DNA from: Bauldia sp.
GTDB lineage: Bacteria > Pseudomonadota > Alphaproteobacteria > Rhizobiales > Kaistiaceae
Assembly: GCF_965232525.1 (NCBI RefSeq)
Contig: NZ_OZ246980.1
Location: 3,872,543-3,936,542 of the forward strand
Length of the DNA: 64,000 bases
Direction: 5' to 3'
The notes below the pieces were generated by a model. It did not search any database and was not told where the DNA came from. It was given only the letters and a program-made list of their open reading frames with translations. This document shows positions 48,160 to 56,345 of the stretch, one piece after another. Both the position numbers and the translations under genes were made by a program. Within the stretch, counting starts at the first letter, position 1. The number at the start of each line of letters is the position of its first letter.

Positions 48160-48240
48160 TCCAAGCGTACTGGAAGAAAAATCACCGCGGCCTCGGATAA
48201 GGCCGCGGTGAGCAATGCAGGCTTCTGGAAGCGATCGCCG

Positions 48241-48846
48241 TCAGCTCGACATCGCGCTCTCGTAGAGCTCCAGCACGTAGTCCCAGTCGATGAGGTTGTC
48301 GAACCACGCTTCGAGATATTTCGGCCGGGCGTTGCGATAGTCGATGTAATAGGAGTGCTCCCACACGTCGCAGCCGAGGATCGGCGTCGCGCCATGGACC
48401 AGCGGGTTCTCGCCGTTTGGCGTCTTGGAGACCTGCAGCTTGCCGTCGGCGACCGAAAGCCAGGACCAGCCCGAGCCGAACTGTGTGGCACCGGCCTGCA
48501 GGAAATCGGTCCGGAACTTGTCGAACCCGCCGAGTTCGCTGTCGATGGCCGTCGCCAGCGCGCCGGGAACCGAGGTGCCGCCGCCACCCTGCTTCATCCA
48601 TTTCCAGAAATGGATGTGGTTGTAGTGCTGGGCGGCGTTGTTGAAGAGGCCGGCATTCTTCGAATAGCTGAGCTTGACGATCTCCTCGAGGCTCTTGTCC
48701 TCCAGCCCCGACCCTTCGAGCAGTTTGTTGCCGTTGGTGACGTACGCCTGATGGTGCTTGTCGTGGTGATACTCCAGCGTCTCTTTGGACATGTAGGGCT
48801 GGAGGGCTTCGTAATCGTAAGGCAGGGGCGGCAGTTCGAACGCCAT
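48241..48846 (-). CDS. sodB: Fe/Mn superoxide dismutase
   Basis: MAFELPPLPY.Y.AL.P, HHDKHH..YV, FGSGW.WL, DVWEHSYYIDYRN; metal specificity not certain. Confidence 0.95.
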   Translation of the reverse strand: MAFELPPLPYDYEALQPYMSKETLEYHHDKHHQAYVTNGNKLLEGSGLEDKSLEEIVKLSYSKNAGLFNNAAQHYNHIHFWKWMKQGGGGTSVPGALATAIDSELGGFDKFRTDFLQAGATQFGSGWSWLSVADGKLQVSKTPNGENPLVHGATPILGCDVWEHSYYIDYRNARPKYLEAWFDNLIDWDYVLELYESAMSS

Positions 48847-49069
48847 GACAAGCTCCTTTTTTCTCTGGTTGGTGACGCAACCCTGCCGTCGCCCGGCACG
48901 ATCACGGGTGCAGCGATAACCGCCGGCAAGATAAGCATGCGCGGCGGTTGCCACAACTAGGATCGGCAGGGCGAACCGGCGACAGTCGGCAACCGTTTTC
49001 GCCCCTGGGCGGGACGAAGGGAAAAATCGCCTCATCGCCGCCGGATGCCGCCGGTCACGAAAAGTTTGA

Positions 49070-49086
49070 TTTGGACCAGTTCCAAT
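49070..49086. promoter_or_regulatory. Candidate Irr box (iron control element)
   Basis: TTTGGACCAGTTCCAAT matches TTTRGAAYNRTTCYAAA at 15/17; lies between divergent SOD and cytochrome c' genes. Confidence 0.5.
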
Positions 49087-49252
49087 ATCCGGTGTCGCCG
49101 GTTTATCGTTCTCCCTTCGCGGTGCTGCGGCTACGGCCGGAGCGCGAGTGAACGCACAGGGTCGCGATCGGCACCTTCGTTCGCGGTGCGCGGATCGAAT
49201 AGGTTCCAGCTTTGAAGTGTTCTAGCTGGTGTCACCATCGACGGAGGACGGG

Positions 49253-49690
49253 ATGAAACTGAAAATGGGATTGGCGGCGATTGCTTTCGTTGTCGGCGCG
49301 ACCGGTTTCGCCATGGCGAACCAGGACATAATCGATCTGCGCAAGCAGATCATGAAGACCAACGGCCAGGCGGCCAAGGTCTCGGGCATGATGCTTCAGG
49401 GCCAGATTCCCTTCGATGCAACCGTGGCGGCCGCCGCCGCTTCGTCGATCGCGGGGTCCAACGCCGTGTTCGCTGACTTTTTCCCGGAGGGGACGGAGAC
49501 CGGCGACACCAAGGCGCGCGACACCATCTGGAGCGATCCGGAAGGATTCGCCGCCGCCTCGCAGGCCACCGTTGTGGCCGCCGAAGCGGCCGCTGCCGCC
49601 GCGGCGGACGGCCCCGAAGCCTTCGGCGCTGCGTTCCAGGCGCTCGGCGCGACTTGCGGCGCCTGCCACGAGGATTACCGCGTCAACTGA
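49253..49690 (+). CDS. Cytochrome c' / c556 (class II cytochrome c)
   Basis: Signal peptide, R...MK, FP.G....T.A...IW.D...F, C-terminal CGACH. Confidence 0.93.
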   Translation: MKLKMGLAAIAFVVGATGFAMANQDIIDLRKQIMKTNGQAAKVSGMMLQGQIPFDATVAAAAASSIAGSNAVFADFFPEGTETGDTKARDTIWSDPEGFAAASQATVVAAEAAAAAAADGPEAFGAAFQALGATCGACHEDYRVN

Positions 49691-49711
49691 CCTCCATGAT
49701 CATGTGACGCG

Positions 49712-49737
49712 AGCGGCGCGGCGCAAGCCGCGCCGCT
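49712..49737. terminator. Hairpin between convergent genes (probable bidirectional terminator)
   Basis: AGCGGCGCGGC-GCAA-GCCGCGCCGCT. Confidence 0.7.
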
Positions 49738-49744
49738 TTCGCGT

Positions 49745-51121
49745 TCAGGTCGCCAGTGCAGCCAGCACCCGTGCCCACGAGCGGATTCCGCCCCGGAAGC
49801 TCGACACGTCGTACTTCTCGTTCGGTGAATGAATCCGGTCGTCGTCGAGGGCGAAGCCGATCATTAGCGAATCGATCCCGAGCGCCTGCTTGAGTTCGCC
49901 GACCACGGGAATCGACCCGCCGGAGCCGACCAGCGCCGGCTCCATCCCCCACTCGTCGGTGAGCGCCGCCCGCGCCCGCGACAGCGCGTCGCCGGTGAAC
50001 GGCAGCCGCAGCGCCTGCGCCCCGCCATGTTCGGCGAAGGTGACGCTGCAGTCCGCGGGCAAATGCCCCTCGACGAAATCGCGAAAATTCCGCCGAATCT
50101 GGTCCGGGTCCTGCCCACCGACCAGCCGAAACGAGATCTTCGCCGACGCCTTGGCCGGGATCACGGTCTTGAACCCCTCGCCGGTGTAGCCGCCGGTGAT
50201 ACCGTTGACCTCACAGGTCGGCCGCGCCCAGATCTGCTCTAGCACGGAGCGCCCGGTCTCGCCGGCGGGCAGCGACAGTCCCACGTCCCCGAGAAAGGCG
50301 TCCGAGTCGAAGCCGAGCGAATCCCACAGCGCCTTGACGTCGGCCGGCAGGTCGTCGACCCCGTCATAGAAACCGGGGACCGTCACCCGGCCGTCGGCGT
50401 CGCGAAGTCGCGCGATGATATCGGCGAGTACGTGGATCGGATTGCGGGCGGCACCGCCATAGAGGCCCGAGTGCAGGTCCCGGTCCGCGGCAGTGATGGT
50501 GATCTCCTCGCCGACCAGGCCGCGCAGCATCACCGTGATCGCCGGCCGCTGCCGGTCCCACATGTCGGTGTCGCAGACCAGCGCCAGGTCGGCGCGCAGG
50601 TCCTCGGCATTGGCTTCGAGGAACGGCTTGAGACTCGGGCTGCCGGATTCTTCCTCGCCTTCGAACAGCACCGAGACCCTGATCGGCAGGGACCCGGTCA
50701 CCGCCTTCCACGCCCGGCAGGCCTCGACGAAGGTCATCAGCTGCCCCTTGTCGTCGGAGGCGCCCCGGGCAACGATCTGTTCGTGACCGTCGACGGTTTC
50801 GATCCGTGGTTCGAACGGTGGCGAATCCCATTCGTCGAGCGGATCGACCGGCTGCACGTCGTAGTGGCCGTAGAACAGGACATGCGGCCCGCCGGCATCG
50901 TCCGGATCGTGGGCGACCACCATCGGGTGCCCGGTCGTCGGCCGCACCGACGCGGCGAACCCGATCCCGTCGAGCTCCCCCGACAACCAATCGGCCGCCG
51001 CTCGCACCTGCTCGCGATAGGCCGGGTCGGTCGAGATGCTCTCGATCCTGAGGAGATGGAACAGCCGGTCGAGGCTCGCCGGCAGATTGGCGTCGATATG
51101 GGACAGAACGTCGTCGAGCAT
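49745..51121 (-). CDS. M20/M25/M40 family dipeptidase
   Basis: YGHYDVQPVDP...W, RGASDDKGQ, EGEEE.GS, DLHSG.YGG, IHSPNEK; start moved to ATG 51121. Confidence 0.92.
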   Translation of the reverse strand: MLDDVLSHIDANLPASLDRLFHLLRIESISTDPAYREQVRAAADWLSGELDGIGFAASVRPTTGHPMVVAHDPDDAGGPHVLFYGHYDVQPVDPLDEWDSPPFEPRIETVDGHEQIVARGASDDKGQLMTFVEACRAWKAVTGSLPIRVSVLFEGEEESGSPSLKPFLEANAEDLRADLALVCDTDMWDRQRPAITVMLRGLVGEEITITAADRDLHSGLYGGAARNPIHVLADIIARLRDADGRVTVPGFYDGVDDLPADVKALWDSLGFDSDAFLGDVGLSLPAGETGRSVLEQIWARPTCEVNGITGGYTGEGFKTVIPAKASAKISFRLVGGQDPDQIRRNFRDFVEGHLPADCSVTFAEHGGAQALRLPFTGDALSRARAALTDEWGMEPALVGSGGSIPVVGELKQALGIDSLMIGFALDDDRIHSPNEKYDVSSFRGGIRSWARVLAALAT

Positions 51122-51321
51122 GGTCACCGGTTGTCTCCTGTCAGGCGGCCGTTGTCGTCCTTCGATATCCGAAAACCGCTCCGAATGCGCGGACCGTGTG
51201 ACGCGGCTGTCTCCCCACCCTGCGGAACTCCTCTGCGTAGGTGCTGACCGCACGCACCACCCCTCTCCCCCTGCGGAAGTTTGGTTTGGTGTTCGCGCAC
51301 GACAGCGGGATCTCGTCACCG

Positions 51322-51925
51322 GTCGTCCTCTGGCTTGACCAGAGGACCCGGTATCACCGGCACACGGCCGGGCCATGAAGCGTCAAAGCCCGCATCGCGA
51401 TCATCACCGGAGCGGCGGTTTCGATGGGTCCTCTGGTCAAGCCAGAGGACGACGTGGAGCGAGTTTGCCCGCCGCTCGTCTGCCGTTAGCAGAATTCTCG
51501 TGACGCTTTCTCCCTGTCGGAGTCGATCGGACCCGCGTGCTTCGAGGCCGCCTTTCGGCGGCTCCTCAGCATGAGGAGGGTTAGTATCGTTCCGACGCAT
51601 CACAGGAGGCACCGCCCGCAGGGTGGTGGGTGGGGAATCCGCGAAAGACAAACAGCTTCTGTTGGTCTTCAACCCCACCAGTTTCTTCACCGAACCCCAC
51701 CCGTCCGGCGCTTCCGCGCCGGCCACCCTCCCCGCGCCGGGGAGGGACTCGCGGTTGCCACGCCGGCGACAAAATGAGCCGAGCCTCAAGAAGTCACAGC
51801 CAGATGCAACGAACGCACGACATCGCTGCGACGACACAATACCGGTATCGGCGAGACATGACGTCGATACCGCCATCCCTCCCCGCGCCGGGGAGGGGGG
51901 ACCGCCCGCAGGGTGGTGGGTGGGG
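51322..51925. repeat. Second mixed REP array (R3 doublet, R2 copy, DUF559-element ends)
   Basis: R3 at 51322-51453, R2 at 51534-51576, partial left end 51611-51635, right end about 51695-51746, left end about 51877-51925. Confidence 0.85.
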
Positions 51926-51992
51926 TCAACACCGCTGGTCCGAGCGCGGCACCTCCGGTACGCTCGTGTTCACGGGATCAGGAGCACCGCCC

Positions 51993-52340
51993 ATGGATGA
52001 CCTCGTTGCCGCCATCGCGACCGATTGCGGGCTCGACACCGACACCGCTCGCACCGTGGCGGTCGTGATCCTCAAATTCCTGGAAAGCGCCGGCCCGGCC
52101 GACCAGACGCGGGCGCTGATCGACGCACTGCCCGGCGCGCGGGAAGCGATGGCGGCGAACGCGGCGGGCAGCAGCCCGGGCCTCCTCGGCGCGTTCAGCG
52201 ACCTGAGCGCCGCCGGCCTCGGCACCGAGCAGATCCAGACCGCGGCCCGAAGTTTTGGCACATTCGCCCGCGGCCAGGCCGGCGACGAAGCCGTCGATGC
52301 CGTCGTGTCGTCGATCCCCGGCCTCGGACCGTTCGTCTGA
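51993..52340 (+). CDS. Conserved Rhizobiales small protein (DUF2267-like)
   Basis: MDDLVA.I....G.D...A...V..IL.FL...GP......L...LPGA...L...GL...QI......AG..AV......IPGL..FV; ATG after GGAG. Confidence 0.7.
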   Translation: MDDLVAAIATDCGLDTDTARTVAVVILKFLESAGPADQTRALIDALPGAREAMAANAAGSSPGLLGAFSDLSAAGLGTEQIQTAARSFGTFARGQAGDEAVDAVVSSIPGLGPFV

Positions 52341-52406
52341 GCCTCCGTTTGCCCGTCCGGCGGCCCGCCGCCTATAAGACGCGGCAGACCAACTGCCGGG
52401 ACTCCC

Positions 52407-52772
52407 ATGACGCCTGAGGATTTCAACGCCTTCTGTGGCACCCTTCCCGCCACCAGCCACGTGGTCCAATGGGGCAATGCCGATGTCTGGAAGGTCGGCG
52501 GCAAGGTTTTCGCCATCTGCGGCTGGAGCGACGATGGTCGCGCGGTCACCTTTAAGGTCTCCAAGCTCACCTACGAGATCCTGAAGGAACAGGAGGGCCT
52601 GCGGCCCGCACCGTATCTCGCCTCACGCGGCATGACCTGGATCCAGAACTATCGCGAGCCCGGCCTAGACGACGATGCGCTCCGCGATTACTTGCGCGAA
52701 TCCCACCGGATCGTCTCTCTCGGCCTGACGAAAAAACGTCAGAAAGAGCTCGGGCTCAACCAGGACGGATGA
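52407..52772 (+). CDS. MmcQ/YjbR family protein
   Basis: VWKVGGKVFAI, RPAPYLASRG..WI, L..S...V..GL.KK. Confidence 0.88.
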   Translation: MTPEDFNAFCGTLPATSHVVQWGNADVWKVGGKVFAICGWSDDGRAVTFKVSKLTYEILKEQEGLRPAPYLASRGMTWIQNYREPGLDDDALRDYLRESHRIVSLGLTKKRQKELGLNQDG

Positions 52773-54478
52773 CCATCACCAAAGACATCCCCACGGACCT
52801 GATCGCGGCCGCGAAGGCGCTCGCCGCGCGGACCAAGGGCGTCGACCCCGCCGACCTGATTGCCCGCACCGACGACGGGCTTTCCCTCGGCCCGATCTAT
52901 CCGGCCGCGACCGCGACGTCGGGTCTGCGGAGCAACGCCTGGTCCGTCTATCAGCGGATCGACGCCACTGACCCGGACGCCGCTGCCATCGCGATCGCGA
53001 TCAGCGGCGGCGCGCGGGGGGTGACCCTGGTGTCAGTGCCCGACGACTGGCCGGCCTTTTTGCGGCGTTTGCCATTCGAGACCTTCGACATCCGGATCGA
53101 TACATCTGTCGTCCCCGCGGTCGACAACGACCTGTCGGCGATCCTCGTGGATTCAGGTCAACTTCAGAATATCGTTTCCGTCGTCCATGATCCGGTCACG
53201 GCTGTTGCGATTGGTGACGCGCCCCGAATGGCGCCAACCGAGGCCTTCGACGCGTTCCTGAAGGTGAGCACCGCGATCACCGCCCATGAGGCATTTGGCT
53301 TTACGATCGTCGCCGACGGACGGCCGTGGCACAACGCCGGTGCATCGGAAGCCCAGGAATTCGCCGCGGTCCTCGGTTCGGTCGTGGCCTATCTCCGCCA
53401 CGCGGAGTCCCGCGGCGCTGATCTCGAGAAAATAGCCCACCAGCTCGGCGTCATGCTCGCCGCCGATTGCGATCAGTTCGTCACAATCGCCAAGTTCCGT
53501 GCCGCGCGCCTGCTGTTGGCGCGGCTTGCCGAAGTCCTGGCATTGCCGGTGGACGCCATATCGATCCACGCCGAGACCGGTTGGCGGATGATGTGCCGCC
53601 GCGACCCGTATCTGAACCTCTTGCGCATGACCACCGCGACACTGGCCGCGGCAGCCGGCGGCGCGGCCAGCATCACTACGCTGCCCTACGACTTGCGCGC
53701 ATCGCCGTTTGCCGACCGCATGGCCCGCAACCTGCAGACCGTGGCGCGCGACGAAGCCGCCCTCAACCGTGTCGCCGATCCCGGCGCCGGGTCGGGCGCG
53801 GTCGAAGCCCTTACCGACGAGATCGCCTCCGCTGCCTGGACCGCGTTTCAGCAACTGGAGACCGAAGGCGGTCTGCTCGCCTCGATCGAAGCCGGCGCGG
53901 TCCAGAAACGCATCGCCGAGATGGCGGCGCAGCGCCGCGACCGCGTCGCCCGCCGCGAGATCGAGATCGTCGGCGTTAACACCCATGTCGACCGCACGGT
54001 CCCGCTACCCCCGCCGGTTGACGCACCATCGGAGGCCAATACGGGCGCGCGCACGCTCCATCCGGAGCGCCTCGCCGAGCCGTTCGAGCGGCTGTGCGAC
54101 CGCGCCGCCACGATGGCCGAGACCGGCGTCCGGCCGGCCGTGTTCGTGGCGGCGCTCGACGGCGCTGACACCGGACCAACCTCCGATGCCCTCGCCACCT
54201 TTGGTTTGACCGTCCTCGACGAAGGCAGGGTCGACGGCACACAAGAACTGATCGCCCGCTTCGCGCAATCGGGAGCAAAGGCGGCAGCCATCATCGCCGG
54301 CAACGATGCCGTGGACATCGCCGCGACGGTCACGGCCCTCAGAGACGCCGGCGCCGCCTTCGTGGTTGTGGCCGGCGATGCCGAGGTCCCCGGTGCCGAC
54401 GCTACGCTCGGTCCGACCACCGACTTGCCGGCGCTGGGAAGCCGCATCCTCGACGCCATCGTCGCGGCCCCGAACTAG
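52769..54478 (+). CDS. mutA: Methylmalonyl-CoA mutase small (beta) subunit
   Basis: T.DG..L.PIY, H.AGA.EAQE, F..IAKFRAARLL, DP..N.LR.T.A..AA..GGA, RMARN.Q, V.DP.AGS..VE.LT, VGVN. Confidence 0.8.
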   Translation: MTITKDIPTDLIAAAKALAARTKGVDPADLIARTDDGLSLGPIYPAATATSGLRSNAWSVYQRIDATDPDAAAIAIAISGGARGVTLVSVPDDWPAFLRRLPFETFDIRIDTSVVPAVDNDLSAILVDSGQLQNIVSVVHDPVTAVAIGDAPRMAPTEAFDAFLKVSTAITAHEAFGFTIVADGRPWHNAGASEAQEFAAVLGSVVAYLRHAESRGADLEKIAHQLGVMLAADCDQFVTIAKFRAARLLLARLAEVLALPVDAISIHAETGWRMMCRRDPYLNLLRMTTATLAAAAGGAASITTLPYDLRASPFADRMARNLQTVARDEAALNRVADPGAGSGAVEALTDEIASAAWTAFQQLETEGGLLASIEAGAVQKRIAEMAAQRRDRVARREIEIVGVNTHVDRTVPLPPPVDAPSEANTGARTLHPERLAEPFERLCDRAATMAETGVRPAVFVAALDGADTGPTSDALATFGLTVLDEGRVDGTQELIARFAQSGAKAAAIIAGNDAVDIAATVTALRDAGAAFVVVAGDAEVPGADATLGPTTDLPALGSRILDAIVAAPN

Positions 54479-54643
54479 TGGAACGAATTTGACATTTGAG
54501 TCCCATGTGCGGCCAAGCTCTCGCTCAAATGTCGAATTCAAAAGTTCCACTAGAAACATAGACTTGCTAGTGGTTCTTATGACTCCGACATTTGCCTGAG
54601 CGGGTGTTGCAAGGGGTAGCAAATGTCGGAGTCGAACCACTAG
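54475..54643. repeat. Two ~78-bp CTAG-ended hairpin (MITE-like) elements in opposite orientation
   Basis: 54475-54553 and 54567-54643; each has a 10-bp outer stem, a 4-nt bulge and a 15-16-bp inner stem containing GACATTTG/CAAATGTC. Confidence 0.8.
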
Positions 54644-54849
54644 TGTGTTCAGTCCGGTCATTTGCGGGATTGGACCGAGGTTGAACCGACAATGAGACGT
54701 CTAGGAGATATCAACGTACATTGCCCAGACCACCAGGTGCTGGCATGATCACGTCAACGAGACCATCCAACGGGTGGGTATCGGATTGAGGCCACTCGAT
54801 ACGAAGGGCCATCCTGTGAGTATTGAGGCATAACAAGGCGGAAACAGCG

Positions 54850-55206
54850 ATGAGAGATTTGGTCGCGATTCTTATGGTGGGCGGCTGCTCATTGTTGTGG
54901 TCGGGCGCCGTGGCCGTCAGCGGAGAAGCCGAGCTACACTGCGGTGGGCGGAGTTGCAATTGGACCGAAGAAATCGGGCCGTCCGGGTCGAAATCGTTTA
55001 ATGGATATTGCGACGGATTGGGCAACACCCAGTTAACCGCCAGTAACTCGGCCTTGATCTGTCACAAGGCAAAGGGTCTGACCTGCACGGCTGCATGGAT
55101 CGTAGTCAGCACCGACCCGCACTACTGGAGCTGCACGTGCACCAATTGGAACGACAAGCAGGAGGCTCACCCGGACATCGATATTTCTTGCCCCGCCCCG
55201 AGCTGA
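54850..55206 (+). CDS. Cysteine-rich exported hypothetical protein
   Basis: Signal-like N-terminus, 8 Cys in the ~90-aa mature part, lower GC than the flanks. Confidence 0.6.
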   Translation: MRDLVAILMVGGCSLLWSGAVAVSGEAELHCGGRSCNWTEEIGPSGSKSFNGYCDGLGNTQLTASNSALICHKAKGLTCTAAWIVVSTDPHYWSCTCTNWNDKQEAHPDIDISCPAPS

Positions 55207-55290
55207 GTCTCGGGCAATGGGCACGGTTCGTCCGTTCCACACCTGGGTGTTGACGCGCCCGCGAAGACTCCAAAGCCGCCCCGCCCTCCC

Positions 55291-55746
55291 TTACTCGACG
55301 ACGGTGATCTGCGTCCGCTTCATGCCGACGGTCTCGACCGCCTGGTAGAACAGAGCCGAATGCGCCAGCGACAGGCGGACGCAGCCGTGCGAAGCCGGCG
55401 CGCCGAGCTTGTCGACCTCGCCGGTGCCGTGCACCGCATAACCGGGGCTATAGAACACCGAATACGGCATCGGCGCGTTGTCGTAGGTGTCGGAGCGATG
55501 ATCCCGCGCCATCCACGAGGCGCGCCACGTGCCGGTCGGTGTCTCGAAGCCTTCCTTGCCGGTCGAGACCGGAAACACGTGGTTCTGGCGCCGGCCGCGC
55601 TTGTCGCGGATGACCAGCTTCATCGTCTGCTGCGACAGCGAGACGGTGGCAACCACCTTCGATCGGTCGCGGAACCAGCCCGCCTCCGCCGGCATCGACC
55701 ACAGTGCCAGGGCGATCAACGTGAACGCGACAGCAACCAAACGCAT
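55291..55746 (-). CDS. L,D-transpeptidase (YkuD family)
   Basis: VSTGK.G..TP.G, APMPYS.F...GYA.HGT, ASHGCVRL. Confidence 0.93.
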   Translation of the reverse strand: MRLVAVAFTLIALALWSMPAEAGWFRDRSKVVATVSLSQQTMKLVIRDKRGRRQNHVFPVSTGKEGFETPTGTWRASWMARDHRSDTYDNAPMPYSVFYSPGYAVHGTGEVDKLGAPASHGCVRLSLAHSALFYQAVETVGMKRTQITVVE

Positions 55747-55949
55747 GACACTTGCCTTCCAGAACTGACCCGCCAACTCGCCCAGCGGGACGCTCCTTTT
55801 TATCATAATGCGCCGGCAGCCGGAGTCACGACCCCGCGAGGTTCGGGCCGGCGCGACCGCAAAGCGCGAATTTGATCGACGCGATTGCGATTACTGGCAA
55901 AAACAGGCAGAATCACCGGAGACATCCAACGACAGTTCCCGGGGGCAAG

Positions 55950-56345
55950 ATGCCCGTGAATCCCTCCCGTGCAATCCGATTGATGTTCGCCCGTGCCTTG
56001 GCCGTCGTCGCGGTCGTGGCCCTTGCCATCCCCGTCGCCACCGACACTGCCGCCGCCGGTCGGTTCGACGGAGATTGGAAGGTCTACGTCTATGGCGCCC
56101 CCGGCAAGTGCGCGTTCGGCTACCGCCTGCCGCTCACCATCGATGATGGCGACGTCCTCTACAAAGGCCGCAAGGTTCACCCGCGGGTGATCGGCGTATC
56201 GTCGGCCGGCGCCGTGGCGATCCAGCTCGGCAGCGGCCGCAACGTCGTCACCGGAACCGGCGCGCTCAATGCCCGGCGCGGGTCGGGCAAATGGTCGGCG
56301 CCCCGCTTCCGCTGCACCGGCTGGTGGCGCGCCGTGAAGCAATGA
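55950..56345 (+). CDS. Exported hypothetical protein (Rhizobiales beta-rich type)
   Basis: Signal peptide, FDG.W.V.....G.C...Y, G.G.L....G.G.W.....C.G.W.A; stop overlaps the mutB start. Confidence 0.65.
   Translation: MPVNPSRAIRLMFARALAVVAVVALAIPVATDTAAAGRFDGDWKVYVYGAPGKCAFGYRLPLTIDDGDVLYKGRKVHPRVIGVSSAGAVAIQLGSGRNVVTGTGALNARRGSGKWSAPRFRCTGWWRAVKQ

Noticed and set aside
48847-49035. Signal-peptide-like extension on SOD
   Set aside because: The canonical MAFELP start at 48846 has a GGAG SD; the extension lies in the promoter region.
49204-49226. Second Irr box near the cytochrome c' start
   Set aside because: Only about 12/17 match to the consensus; not distinguishable from chance.
51122-51376. 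N-terminal extension of the M20 peptidase, and of 51630..52340
   Set aside because: The extensions run through repeat DNA; family-typical starts lie at 51121 and 51993.
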